Positions 1-19,469 of a stretch of 64,000 nt of DNA are shown here, in pieces; positions within the stretch are counted from its first letter, which is position 1; the number at the start of each line of letters is the position of its first letter. Made by a program: the position numbers and the translations under genes. A model generated the notes under the pieces. The model ran no database searches. It was not told the DNA's origin and worked only from the letters and a program-made list of their open reading frames with translations. The DNA is taken from positions 69,378,001 to 69,442,000 of the forward strand of contig CM060731.1 of NCBI GenBank assembly GCA_030704615.1. Reading direction: 5' to 3'. Source of the stretch: Takakia lepidozioides (taxonomy: Eukaryota; Plantae; Bryophyta).

Positions 1-1524
1 GGAGATCCTTCGCCTGCGCCCGAGACTGGGCTTACCGCTGCTCGGGACACATACAAGCAGATCAAGCAAGTGGAGATGTCTGGAGATCAGACTGATGCAA
101 CCAGCTTGGATGAAGGAGGTCCGGAAGAAGAGCTCTCTAGCCTAACAACACCCAAGAGCAAGGTGGGTGACGCCAAAGTCTGATGTGTTGCTTCACATGT
201 ACGAGGAGGAATTACATACTGGAACCGTAGGACAACATTCACCGCATAAAGTAAGAGGGATCTTATCAAAGGCAATTGGATTCTCGAACGAGATCAATAA
301 TCTGAGCAGCACTTCCTCAATTAAGGATCGGCTGCCCTTTTCTCCCCAGATTCAATATTTGGCCCACCCCCTTTCTCAGGATTGTCACTCGGAGAGAAAT
401 AAAGATGGAGCACCCACTCCAATCAGAGCAGACCTAAAAATTACAGAGCACGTCCTCACTTCTCAAAGAAACAAATGGGAGGCACGACCACAGCCTTTTC
501 TCCTAAATCTCAAGATTGGCAGCTCCATCTCTTCCACAAACTGGCTTGTACAAAATTTCACAAGGGAATAGAGATATGTGGAGCACTTCATACCACCAAC
601 ATACTTAGATGAGCAACACGGCTTCCCAGCCAAGTATGTCAGCTGGGCGCATGCCCGTTTCAATATGAATGTGCAGATTATTTAAGCGCCATGAAAGACA
701 CTCCAAAGCTTCCCACCAGATGCCGCAATTCTTTCCTTGGATCCTTGAATGTACACTTTGTATACTTGGCGCTCCTGGCACGAAAGGTGCCCCACCAGCA
801 CACCGACCACCATGCACTCACTTCCAAAAATGTTCTCTACGAAACTTGTGTGCAAGTTGCTTCCTGGTGAGGATCACCACCATAGCCTTCACACAAACGT
901 CCGTCGGTTTTTTGGATGGGGCTTTGTTTCTTCCGTCGTCACGTCGTTCGTCGAGTGTCCCAATGGTAGGGATGGAGACGTTAAGATCTACCCACCTTCA
1001 CATTCCCATCATTCTTGCGAAGTCGTGAATTTGATGGTGGGAGGATCCATAGCCTTGCCAGACCGTACTATCGAGTCTTGCTGAATCGGGCCAGATGGGT
1101 TTCTCGATCTTCTTAACTTAGAATTTCTCGATCTCTCTCGATCTCCTTAGAAATTTCTGTCGTCTGATCTCTTGCATGTGTGCTCTCTTGCCAGAAAACG
1201 GCATCTCCTTGCACTTTTGTACCGGACCCATTTTTTCGATCCTCCGCATATTCTGTTGAAGCCTCTTCACAGCCGTTAATGTTCGCTCAGGGTCCAGCGT
1301 CCAGAGTGCAGAGAGCATCCGACTGTGGAGGGTTTTGGAGTATCTATGCATCCCTTCTTCTCTGTGCTAATTTGTACCTGGGAGCCTCCCGTGATGCTCT
1401 CTTTCCATTGATTGCCCATTTTCCATGAGCTGCACGAGTTACGTTCACGAGTTGACAGGCCAAGCTGCACAAGATGCAGGGAGAGTACCATGTAGTGGGA
1501 ATCAAGGCAGGTTCAACAAGCCGA

Positions 1525-4500
1525 ATGCGTCGGCTTCATAAGCAGCTGTCATTTCCTTACAAATGCAACCAGAGTGCTCGCCTATCTTGTTTGATGCTTG
1601 TAGTCTTCCTTCTAGTGGCTACCTGTACCGGATGGGCTACTCACATTGCCAACAAGTGGCCTGGGTATCCGGGTTTCTATTTTCTAAGTATTGGCGATTT
1701 TGGCACGGGATCCGATGTGCAAATGGCTGTTGCTCGTCAGGTGTGGCTTCGCACTTCAATTATTTCCTCGAGTTTCCCCTCCTCCTTCAACTCTTCTTTT
1801 CCAATTGCAGATTTTGATTTTCAAGAGCTTGAATAGAAGGTACTTGAATTGACGATGCCCAACTGATGACCCGCTCTTTGGCATGTAGAATTGGGGTGTA
1901 GAGTTAGACTGGTCTCACCATGGACATCAGTTGCATTGTTTCGAGAGTGGAGCCCGATGAGGTATAGTGCTCGGGAAAAATTCTCTTCCTTGAGTACTGC
2001 CCACATTAGAGGGTTGGCTCTATGTAGATAGAATAGTAATCTCCCGCGGTGCTATGATCTCACAACGTTGTGGACTAGGCGTCAATCGTTTTCTTTCTTG
2101 TGTAGTGGTCCAGGAATGACCTCTGGTTGAATAAGTGGACACCAGCCCACACATGGGGTGCCTGGAATATACTTTTTTAGAGCTTGTCCTTAGTTATTCT
2201 CCCGGTAGTTGTGCTGTTACTGGTAGCTTTGACTGCTGCACCATGTGCATTTTTCCATGCCACAGCAAAGGGGGTAATGGACCTGTCAACTGTCATATAT
2301 TGCCTGTGGTTCATGAGTTTACTCCTTTTAGTAACTGTCGATGTTCATGCTGCCAATGAGTAGAGTACTATGATACATTTCATGAGGACAAGGATAGTAG
2401 TGACGATGACTGGAAAATGTGATGGCATGACATGCAGATGGGAGTGACTGCAGCCAACTACAATGTGGAGTTTGTAGTGGGTGTGGGTGATAATTTCTAT
2501 CAAAGTGGCATTGTGGGGCTAGATGATCCACAATTGAAGGAAAAGTTTGAGGTTGAGATTCCTCCTACCTCTCTTTATAATTAATTCTTGTTTGTGGACG
2601 GTGTGTGGATCCTTTACAAATGTGCATAGTCGAAGTAAAAAGGAATGCTCTGGTCTTTGATTTTCAAGTCCAGAATAGGAATTTTTCTTTTCTGGTCTTG
2701 CAAGTGGGGATGCTTCATGTAAGGGCGGCAGGAATGGACGACCAGTCAGTTGTTGGCCTGAGCCAAAATAGAAAGGTAAACCTGCACTGGAGTATCAGGG
2801 ACTTGTATGTATGTCTGAACTGCAGAAGGCTAATTTGATGCTTTTTCTGAGGGAGGGATACCCAAGAATTGCAATGTGTGTCCTCTCCCTGACAAACTGT
2901 TCTCATGTGTTTGTGGATTTGATTGCAGAATATTTATTTACACCCGGCACTCCAAGTGCCCTGGTATGTCTTGATCCAACTTCATGCAAGCTTGCCACCC
3001 TGTATGCTGTGAAAAGTGTATTTTCCTCTTCTTGATGAGTAGTCTGGTCTTGGTGACCATATCATGGCTTGAATGCATCCAAGTTAGTTGCTGTTGGATT
3101 ATGTTTATTCCCATGCTACTCATAGAAACAGGTGAACAAGGCCAATTGTTAAGTAGGACATCCTTGTGTTATGCACGCTTGAGATTGGCTATAGCTCCCA
3201 AGCAATAACCTTAAATTGCAGGTACATTGCATTAGGAGACCATGACCAACGGGGCAGTGTGGCTGCACAAGTTGCCTACTCCAGTCTGTCAAACCGGTGG
3301 AGAATGCCGGCGCCCTATTATGTTAAGCGCATTGTCTCTGAGTATGGAGGCCAAACCCTGGATCTCATCTTTACTGACAGCGTTGGTCTTGAGGTATTGG
3401 AAGCTTTTTTGGACTTAGTAGTGACCAACTAGTCATGCCAAAATGGAGCCAAAGATTCTTGTTTCACTTGCAGGTCTGGAAAGTTTGCATTGCCTACAGG
3501 GTGTATTACATGTGTGTACAACTTTCAGATTAACTAAAACTTTGTAGCCAGATTGCATCGTGGAATGAAGCACCTAAATTGTTCCTTTCCTCTCATATAA
3601 ATCTTAGTCGTATGCACTCCCAAGTGAAAAATCTACAATATTAATTTGGACTTTGATATCCATGACAGCCATTCTGGGGTTACATCCCAAGTAACATGTG
3701 TTTTACAGTATTGCATGACCACAGTACCTCATGTAAATAATTAACCATGGGAAGTGGGTTGTAATCCATCTTATCATGCGGAACTTGACAAAGATCACCT
3801 CTGAGAACTGTTGTAATCTGCTATTTGCGTAATTAACTGGTTGTGAGTTTTGATGACAGTCTGTTGGTTGAGTAACCTCTGGCAGAGATTTTCAGGTCAG
3901 CTGGCTGATAAACTGCCGACCATGTATAGGGTGCCATTTTGAAGCCTAACGAGGAGAGAAGATTTCAAAAGGATTACAATGAATCGTTTGCTGGGGCTGA
4001 GGTGAGCCACAAATGCAACCTTTTTTTCTTTGTTGCTGTATATGTAATTAGATCGCTTTATGTAGGGGACACAAAGTGATACAAAGATACACAGATACAA
4101 AGTGATATAGTGAATGATCTTGGGTTGTAGAAGCTTTTATGAAGGCCCAAGTAGTACACGCCTGCGCAGTGCAGAATTATGTCATGTATGGTGGACCACC
4201 TGGAGTAGAATGCTCTGAGTTGGTCAGGTTTGATGCTTGAATCTTGCCTGTGGTGGTGCTCTTGATGCTTAAGCAGCTCAAGATTGGCATTCCATCAATC
4301 TGGGGTTTAGCAATGGACTGGCAGGCTGACATTAACATTCATGAGACAGTCTGGCTGGCCCTAGTGAACTCCTTGTTCTCAATGATGCGACACAAACAAT
4401 ACTGAAGGTTGAAAATCACTTTGTGTCAACCCTGTCAATTTTGGTGGGAAACCTGCACCTTTGTCAGGAGGTTAATTTTTGCCGTCTGTTTCAAAGGCGG

Positions 4501-7050
4501 GGCGTGCACAGTTGCGTTGGCTTGAGCAAGTGCTGGCAGAGAGCACTGCAGATTGGTAAGTGCCTAAATGAAGTGATTGAAGGTGTTATCAAATGCTGTG
4601 CTAGTACTTTGTGAATTGTGACATAAAATGGGTGTGCGGAGCTCCTTGCTTCCTTGGTGCTTCACTGCAGACGGCCGCAGGTATGCCCTGGAGCATGGGG
4701 ACCCCCTTCCCGTTGTCATATTCAATTGAGATTCACTTTCACTTGTGAGCCGAGCTGAGCACCCTCATTCCTGAAAAATAAATTCAAAGATGGACTCCTC
4801 CCAGAGCAACCTTAAATTATGGTGTCTATTAACAGCAATAAACCAGGGCAACATGGTGGCCCAACCTTCCTTAAAGGACACAAAAGCCCCCCAGGTACCC
4901 ACACATTATGTGGCCCTGGTGGTTGGGTTGGCTATAATGGGGGTATCCAATGTACACCTATAAAGTTTTCAACCTCCAACAAGTTGCAAGGTGGCCTAAC
5001 CACTGGGGCGTATGTTGGATGCTCTCATCCTACTAACCAAGCATGCCGTGGCAGTGATCTTAGTAGGAACAGTGGATATGGGTCCTTGATCACAAAATTT
5101 AGCAGAAGTCAACCATTTGCATGCTTGAATTTTTAGGGCAATCAGGCACAAATGCGATGCCTGTGGATCCTGCCGATAATGTCTTTTGCGCTCCTTTTTG
5201 CAATTAAAGCCTGAAGTTGAACTCGGTGAATGAATATACCTTTGTCACAGTGTGTGTGCTGCAAGGCCTGAAGACCTGGATTTGAAAGACATACCTTACT
5301 TAGGCAACTTTCTCAGTCACAGTTCTGTGTTCTTCAAGCTGATCAGATTGTGTGGGGTCTATTTAGGCGCATTGTGGTGAGCCATCGACCAATGAGGTCA
5401 TGTGCAGACCGGTCACGGTTTCCTGTCGAGGAGCGTCTGCACAAGACACTTGCCCCGCTACTCAACAAATATGGGGTGGTGCGGTTTTGGCTCCTTTCGG
5501 TCTCCTGTTCTTTGTGCGTGCCTGTGTGTAAAAGGACTCGATGCTTGTTATTCTTTCATAATCCTTATTTTCCTGGAAGTTCCAATTGATAACTGCGTAT
5601 GATCATTGATTTGGCTTTGATGAATCTCAAAGATCGTGGCACTTTAGAGGAGACATTGGGTCAATTGTCACTGATATGCTGGATATATTTTCCCAGTTCC
5701 TCAGCACTTTCAATACAGATACACTGAGGGTGAAGGTCTTGGTATGAGTTTATGGACTTTGGCTAGCTGACTGACAGTAACTATGATGGCAGCATGTGTA
5801 CATGCATGGGCATGACCACATAGGACAACACCTGGAAGAAAAGGGCCTAGTCCATATTGGTAACGGCGTGGGTGGGTTTGACACTCATCATGCAACTGCT
5901 AATGAGCTTACTGTATGGTTTAAGTAAGTACTTGGGAAGAGATGTTACGTGGAATGCATTTTCCAGATAAATGTTCTTGTATGCACTTCCATTGGCAAGG
6001 GCTTGCTCCAGCTGTAATAAGTATGTTTCTGCTTTGTATCTACAGTATAATTTGGCTTGAGCAGAAGACAGGTTTACTTTGATGTCCAGGACCAAACATT
6101 TGCACAGATTGTGAATCAAGTTCCTGGTGAAGCATACTTGGTCTTACTGAATAGTGGAGGTTCATTGCTTGCAGTAACACATATCATGGATTTCTGCTTC
6201 ATCATGTTACTGCGCAGCAACTGGTTAGTGAATTGTTCTTCCTTGAGCAGCATGAGGGTCCTTTTGTCAGGTACTGCAGCACGCATGAGGTTATGACGTA
6301 TCCCCGATTACAAAAATCTGTCCTCTTCATGACTTGCAGAGCATTCAGGCCTAGATTGCTAAGCTTTGAAAATTTGTTAGATTTGGTTTCCTAGCTTCAA
6401 AACAGTCTTTACCTCTCAAACCCTTAACCCAAAATTGTTTTATATCCAATACTCAGGAAAATGCACCCAGTTAGTGGGTTTCTCAGGTGAGTCACAGATG
6501 TTTTGTACATGTTTGCCCTCTGATAGTGTGTGTGTTCGTTCATCTTTCCCCATTTGCTGCAGGAGTTCATGTTTATGGACTACAATGGAACCATATTACA
6601 CAAAGCAGTTGTGAAACAAAAGGTGAGAGGAGAGCCCTCTTTTTAACCTGATAATTGTCTCCATCCAAGCAAGCACACAACTCCTATATGAAGAGGTACC
6701 ATCCAATACTAGTGTGTGCCTCAGCACAGGGATTTTCTAAAATGTTGCTATCTCGTCAAATTGGACTTCTACCTGGAGTCACTGGCTTTATGGCCTTATC
6801 ATAATTTGAAATCAAGAAGCTCTGTTCTAATTCTGCGTAGACATTGACCAATTGCAAGGATAGATTGTTGTTGCTGCTTACCCATTGAATGGAGAAAAAT
6901 TCTTCGTCATAGTTCAAGCTGGCTATTTTGGACTCTCAATCCCACTGGCATGTTACATATAGCTCTTCTTTATCTCTACATGTGTTGTGTGTTTATGAAT
7001 ACTGGACCTCTCTGTCAAAAGTTTTCCGTGTTCAGGTTGTCAGGCCATGA
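1525..7050 (+). CDS. Small (TRAP/ACP5-like, plant PAP7/8/17-type) purple acid phosphatase, 11 exons
   Basis: GT-AG exons joined in frame: 1525 (alt ATG 1474/1594)-1740, 2438-2551, 2929-2963, 3222-3393, 3930-4001, 4497-4555, 5367-5478, 5793-5923, 6175-6223, 6563-6622, 7036-7050. Hydrophobic signal-like segment MLVVFLLVATC, then the five PAP metal motifs GDFG, GDNFY, GDHD (variant of GNHD), VVSH, GHDH. Confidence 0.88.
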
Positions 7051-10000
7051 CGAAACTGGATTCTTGTTGTGCTGTTGTGCTAATGACATCTTCCATTTAG
7101 AACACTACTTGGATCTGATTTTAGCTTCTGTTTGGTTTTTTTATTTCACTAAGAGTGACTCTCTCAGTTGAGAGATAGGCTTCTTGTTTGTTTCTTTCCT
7201 CTTTGCGATTTACTTGAAAGGTTGATGCTCTCTTCAGTCATTCTTTTTCTTGTCCCTTGTGTTTCCAGCTTTGAAAGATGTCTACCTTGGATGTGCCTCA
7301 AAATATACATACATCTTCGGCTACCTCTAAAATTCCTGTTGAAAGCTTAGTATGTTTCGACATGGATATATTTAGCTTCTATTATACTGGCTAAACCATC
7401 ATTCGTTATCTATCCATGCAGTTGGCCATCAGCTGCCAAGAGAGATATGACTTGATCTAAGTACTTTGTAGGGTTGTGGCAAAAGAAAGGTCTGGAGTTG
7501 CCCACTGGTACAAGATGGAGGGCACATGCTCCCTCCTCATTGTCAATGCCCATATCACAAACTGAGATGGGAAATGGGCATTGTGCAAATTCGTCTCCTC
7601 TATGTGATGTCCGCCAACCAAAGCGGATTAATATCCCAATTCAATTGCTCATGCCCTCACCTGAAGGGCAGGTCCATGAAAGAGTGTACACCTCAAGTTC
7701 TTCACTCAGCTCTTGATTGAGCCATATTTGATATGGAAGTGTACTCTTCAATGGCCTATGATGATACTCTAGGGTGGATATACCCATTCCCGGGACCTTA
7801 CCCATTCTTGTTACATATAAAACCCACCTATTACATTTGTTTTTATTACACTTTTAAGTTCCAAGTTGCATGCCACATCATAATAGAAATAAGAAGAAGT
7901 GGTGTTGTTTGAGGGACAAGATCGATAAAATTTGTGGCAATTTGCATATTCTATCGAAAGATCTCCATGTCATTTTAATTCACCATCCAACATGCATAAG
8001 GGACAAGCTTTATGGAAGGGCTCCTGACTCCTCAACCTCAGGAACTCTCCAAGCTTTAGACTCTGAGGTAATATATGGTGAGCAGCTTTCATAAGTTCTG
8101 CATTTCTTTAGCGCGTGTAATCAACTCAGTAATAGCAAACTCGTGTATTCAACTCAGTAATAGCAACGCATTCATGAATGCTGTACTCTTTCAGCCACAC
8201 TATATACTCCGGTATGATCCTTCAACCAATAAGAGATATTCACTACTCATATCAAGTTCTTCCTGACCCCTTGCTCTCTTGCCCCTGGCGTGCTCAAGTG
8301 ACTAAAAAGGGTAATAACACCAGCTTTTCCCCTGGTGACTGAGGGACTAAAGGAACCCAGTTTCATTCCATTCAGTTTCTTGGCTAGGACAAGACATACA
8401 GTATGGACGTATGGAAATCCCACATGCAAAGAGAAAAAGTAGGTGAAATCTGTAGTGGAGTAGCATTTATTCTGTCTCCTAAAATATGTCTCGCAGTCAT
8501 GTCTCAGAATCATCGGCATTACATACTGGAAATAAAGACCAGGTTAACAAACTATCAGAGGGCAGCAATATGCCGCCATGTGCAATAAATTGGTGAGCCT
8601 AATGTTAGTCTAATTCCGCGGCCACGGGGCTATTGACCGCTGCTGTGGGTTAACCTTCTCTCTGGGGGAACAAGCTGCGTGCGAACCAGAGTAGCTGTGC
8701 AAGGACCAGGGAACTGCTGTACAATTTAGGCCGGCTTTTTGACTTCCGGTATCAAGAATTTCCAACCAATAACACCGCATGAATTTGTTAGTATGGCTTT
8801 CTGTGGCTTATTTTCAGTAAGATAACGCTTGTCAAGAAGACCCTCTCAAATTTTCCCCCCCTATGTTGCTGCTCCCTTCTAAGTCACAGCCACCAAATGG
8901 GAGTGGCCTGCCATTTCCCAACCAACGAAGCCATCCTGATACATCATTTTGTATCTGCATACCAGCCTTCTGGTAGGGTTGAAGATGTTGGCCAGTCAAG
9001 TGACCTCAGTTAGATATTACTAAATTGCAAAGGAGAACACCCGCTTCACGAGTCAATCCGTAAGTCTTGAGGCACATGCACTTGTGTACATAGCTGCATG
9101 ATCTGGCCTTGGAAGAGAAAGCACAAACCCTGGCAAGCCCACCAGCATTGTAAGAAACTGACAGAACCAAATCTGTCTCGAACACCCGCTTTAAAGGGCC
9201 TGTGATTTGGTTTCCTGTCTCCCACTGACCCTGGACAGCACCTTTTAGCTCAAGTTTCCCGCACATCATATCCTCCCTTTGAGGTAAAAGCGCATTCCTG
9301 AATGCAACCACCACTGCTCTCAGACGAATGAAACGTCTGCACAAGGGAAAAGCCCTCTTCCAGAACTAATAAAGAACGGGTGTCAACTGTGGTCAAGACT
9401 CAGAACTGCTTATAGGAAAGTCTCAGACACTCAGTGGCAGCTTATGTCACACCTCTTGAGTGGAACATCGGTTCTATGTAAGCAAGACTTTGAAGGGGAG
9501 AGCAGCAACCCACGAGTTGTATTTTTCCATTCTTGGACTGGCCACAGCCAGAGAACGCATCCCCCTTCATCACTGTGACCCATACTCGCATTATTCACTA
9601 TGTTCAAAAGGAGCAGGCCATGATGGGGTCATGTCTTGTACTCTTAGAAAGATCTCGGTAGGACACTCTGGGGAAGAGGAGTGCATCACACACCTGCATC
9701 ACTCTCATGTGTCCCAGACAACCAGTGGTGAAGCTTGAGAAGCCAAAGTTTTCCAATTTTCTCTTCCAGGCAGCTAGTCCTTGTGCTGTGCAGGTGTCCT
9801 TTATGCAGCATTCCTCACCCTCTGTACCGTCCCTACATCCTCCTAGCCAGCTGGCCATGTCTTGCCAGTTGATGCCACCACATCTGGTGTATTACGCACC
9901 TGTATGTCGACTTTTGTGCCCCAAATTGCCCCCATCTCTGGGCCTCCACGGCCAGGAGAGGAGGCAGACAAGAGAGGGGCAGCAATTGAAACAATTGAAG

Positions 10001-10178
10001 TAATAACAGAAATTTTGTTGGTTACTAAAGACAATCTAAACTACCATGTTCCACGGAGTTACCACTAGCCATACGCCACTGCCAAGTCCATTAGGATTGA
10101 CTTCAATCCTCACGTTCCCTGTTCTAGGCTCTCAATCTTCTGTGGGTCAGGCTACTTGGCAATGAACCTGTCAATATG

Positions 10179-15705
<5,527 letters not shown>

Positions 15706-18700
15706 GTGCTGCTCCGCCCCCGCTTTTATCCACCCCACACACCCGTCTAAACTCTCTCTCCCACTTCACCCTGCAAACTAAACCTTTACGCCCTCAACCC
15801 CGCAGCCTGTAGCTCCATCCCTGCAAGCAACCATGATTCTGCTCCTCCTCCTCACCCTCCATGCTCCATGTTGACTTGCTGCCAAGACACCATCTCCTAA
15901 GCTCCCTCAATCGGCACACAAAAAAGCTGGTGTCGATCGCGTCTTAGCGAAGCTTGAGATTGCTAGCCTAGTGTAACATCCACTCCATTCTCCTCCTTCC
16001 GATCCCTACTCCTCCAGCAGGCCCCAATCACAGCGGCGTAATAATCTGAAGGATTCACGCCTGCATCCACCGGCCCTCATCATCTTCTCCGCTGTCCTTC
16101 TGACTCCACTGTCTCAGCCCTGCTTAGTGGAAGAAGAGTGATGGTCGCCGAGCCTACCCCGAGCCTCACCACCTGTTTGCCTCGAGAGATCCGAGCCTCG
16201 GGTCTGTGATTCGTCGGTCGAACCTGGTTAAAATCTAACTTACGCAAGTCTATTTCTTGGCACTGCGCGTTGGACAGTGCTGCTTTATCATCCATCACGC
16301 CCATCCGTCCATTGGAAAGAGAGGGGGATGACGCCGGCCAAAGCCAAGCAAATAAGAGCCCCTGTCCTTTTATTTCTATTTTGGTTTATTATTTGATTAT
16401 TATTATTATTATTATTATTTTGGTAATGCTCCGCTATAGGTTTAGCCTAGTAGGCCTCGTTTCCTCTTTTTCTTTTTACTTTTTCTAAGAGGAAAAGGAA
16501 AGTACCCACCAGGAGCATTTCAACCATGAAAAATGGGATATGAGTGCAACTATTTCTTTTTGCTTTCCTGCATACATTGTGAAATGTCATCACCCAAGTC
16601 ATAACGTGGCCAAGATAGGTCTCGTTGCGGAAAATGTGGCTCTCATTCATTCCCATTGAGCTCGAAACCAATTAAACCTCAGGTTTATCGTGATATAGCC
16701 ATTTTCATCCTTAACCCTTAAGTTCCCAAGCCCTTTTTGGACTTTTTACCAATTTTGGGTACCCAGCTGCAATAAATTGCCCCTAGAAACCTACCAAAAA
16801 TCATCCACAGATTCCAGCCTTATAGCAATGGGCCCAGCTCATTTATGCATGACATACCAAAAAATGAGCCAAGTCCACCGTGGAAATTGTGGGATTATAG
16901 CGTTGGCCCGGACCTCAAATATCAGGTCCCAAAAAAAAAGTGAGAAAGAAATAGGTTTGACCAAATCAAAACCTAGCTTTCTCCAATTTTGCTTGCCCCA
17001 AGACCCACCATTTCCAAATCCATAGTGGAGTGGCCATGACCCCACTAAATTACAGGTCCAACTGATTTTTTCACCTATGGTTGCTATTCATGCAATTACA
17101 TGGGGTTTGAAATCTCAAAATTGACAACAGAAAATGTGCCTCCAAATGAAGTACTTTTTTTTTCTACAAATTTTTTAAAAGCCAACTATGGATGTGTGTA
17201 TGTAATGCCCACACACCACAAGTGAAGTGTTTTTTCCAAAATTGCTAATTTTCTGCCAAAAATGCCCTTTGGAGTGCAATCTGTTTTGGGCTTGTTTACC
17301 TGCCACGTCAGCGGTCAACAGCCCTTTTCAGGCCCCAAAACGTAAATTAAAGATCTAAGATATTTTTTGTAAGTCGCAGCTTTTGTTTTGTTTTTTTCTT
17401 TTGTTTTTTGCATAACTCGAGACAAATCCCTTGTCATTAAAGCTTCAGGAGTGGGCCCCATCAGATTAGATCTGCAAAAATTAGGTGGAACTGCAAATTC
17501 AAAGTGACCCGCTTCAGGTCGCTTGGGAAGTGTGTCAAAGCTCCATTGAGTCATGCTCCATGGTCTTGGGTTTCTCTTATATTTTGCCAAAGCAAGAGAG
17601 CCTATCGCCTTTGAGGCTTGTTGTTTTCTTCACATACTTACAAAGCTGGAGCATGTTGTCTTGATAACTTTTGTGCATGGCCCATGCACAACATTTGACG
17701 ATCAAACCAATCATCCCTGCCATATGGGTTCAGCTTCAACGGCAAATCTCTGTAGGAAAAAACAGAATAGTCACAATTGTCAAGAGAAAAGCGACAAAGT
17801 GAAGATCATGGAATGACCATTACAACGATGAATTCTACCCATCTCCACAAGGATTTTCTGTCGTCTATCGGCGCACAAAAATCACAAAACAATGTAGTTT
17901 TAGGCCCCGTTACAGCTCGCAAAATATTTTACTAATGAAATCAGTCATGCATTTACTATAGCAGAACTGAATGGAATACTTCTATTTTGTTTTTGTTTTT
18001 GTTTTTAGTGTATAACGGAACTATTCTAAAGTAAACCATCCCCTCCAGTCAATTTCACCAATCACGCCACGCGCTACGCCTAACTAAGCGCCAGCGAACC
18101 CCAATGCAGACCTGGGACCAGACCACAGCCTCGGCAAAATAGTGAAGCCACCGAGACTCCAGGTGGCGGCTCCACACTAGCTGCCACAAATGTAGTACTG
18201 GTGCTTACCAAGCACACGTGGCGTGTCATGGTTCTACCAGAGCATCTTACCAACGCCGCAGCGACCGGTACAAGCAGTTGCTCCCTCACCGGAAACCGGA
18301 CCCGTAGTCCCCTATTGTGGGGATCACAGAATCCCCAGCGGCGCGCCAGAATAGGATTCCACACCTATCTGCTCGCCCTTGTACCCTACCCGTAGGTGGC
18401 TATACCTACCTATACTGAAGTCAGGCCGACCGGCACAGGCGGTGGCGCAACGGCAGAGCAGTTCCGTTTGCGCAGGGCCGGCGCCGTTACGCCCACGCTT
18501 TTGGCGCTCCCGCTGGAGGTAATTCCCCTCTCTCTTCGGCTGAATTACCCCCCTGCAGATAATGTTTTTCACTGCTCCTCGCAATGACGTACCGCCCTGC
18601 AGGTAGTTCAGGCCCAGACGAGGAGCCCGTTATGGTGTTCTGCTCCTGCTTTTTGCGTGAAAGTGGTGTCCAACAGGCTTTTGAGAAAGCGTCCACGTGG

Positions 18701-19200
18701 TTTTCAATATTATTTATTTATTTACTTGAAAGGGGACGGATTACTTATTAATAATCGATGGGCATGGCATCATGCACCATCATAAAAATGTGCCCCAAGT
18801 TATGGGGATGGATGAATGGTCAACGCATTATTTCCCATGCATGGTCTGCATGCCCTGCTGTTGACACGTGACGTCTGTACACAACTATAATTTTTTATCA
18901 GACTTAGTGGAATTTCCTTGAATTTTAGAAGTGTGGACTCGCCGGATGAGGACAGTAACTCCACGACCTCTTTTTCTAGTATTTTTGTTTTTCTCTTGCA
19001 AGGAAATTTTGAAAGGGGCTGTTGGGACCAGTGTTGGACCAGTATCATCAACATTTCATACCAGCCAGGGTATGGTATTGTCGGTGAAGAGACCTCCTTC
19101 ATACCTGGCAGGTAATGGTATCAAAGTAGGTATAAAGCTTTTAATGTACCAGTCTGGTATGTATATTGTTTTTGTTTGGCCTGGTATGGTATGGTATCAA

Positions 19201-19469
19201 TATTTCAAATTTCAAATCTTATACTGGGGGTATATCAATACTGGTATCAATATTGTTTTTTATTTTTTTATTTTTATTTTTAAACTGAAAAATAAAAATC
19301 TGTCCAAATTATACCGCTGAGGTGAGCACTTCAGTATTTCAAATTTCAAATCTTATACTGGGGGTATATCAATACTGGTATCAATACTGTTTTTTATTTT
19401 TATTTTATTATTTTTTAAACTGAAAAATAAAAATCTGTCCAAATTATACCGCTGAGGTGAGCACTTCAG
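19201..19469. repeat. ~135-bp tandem duplication in an AT-rich intergenic region
   Basis: TATTTCAAATTTCAAATCTTATACTGGGGG...GCTGAGGTGAGCACTTCAG occurs at 19201-19334 and 19335-19469. Confidence 0.9.

Noticed and set aside
1-1430. Several 60-130-aa ORFs upstream of the phosphatase
   Set aside because: No recognisable domain; only a faint LINE-like RLxxxHIHIETG phrase, too weak to call.
7450-7720. Degenerate LINE zinc-finger remnant (minus)
   Set aside because: Similarity is fragmentary across several frames.
16711-18700. piggyBac-like start (TTAACCCT) and short ORFs
   Set aside because: No matching inverted end or transposase motif found.
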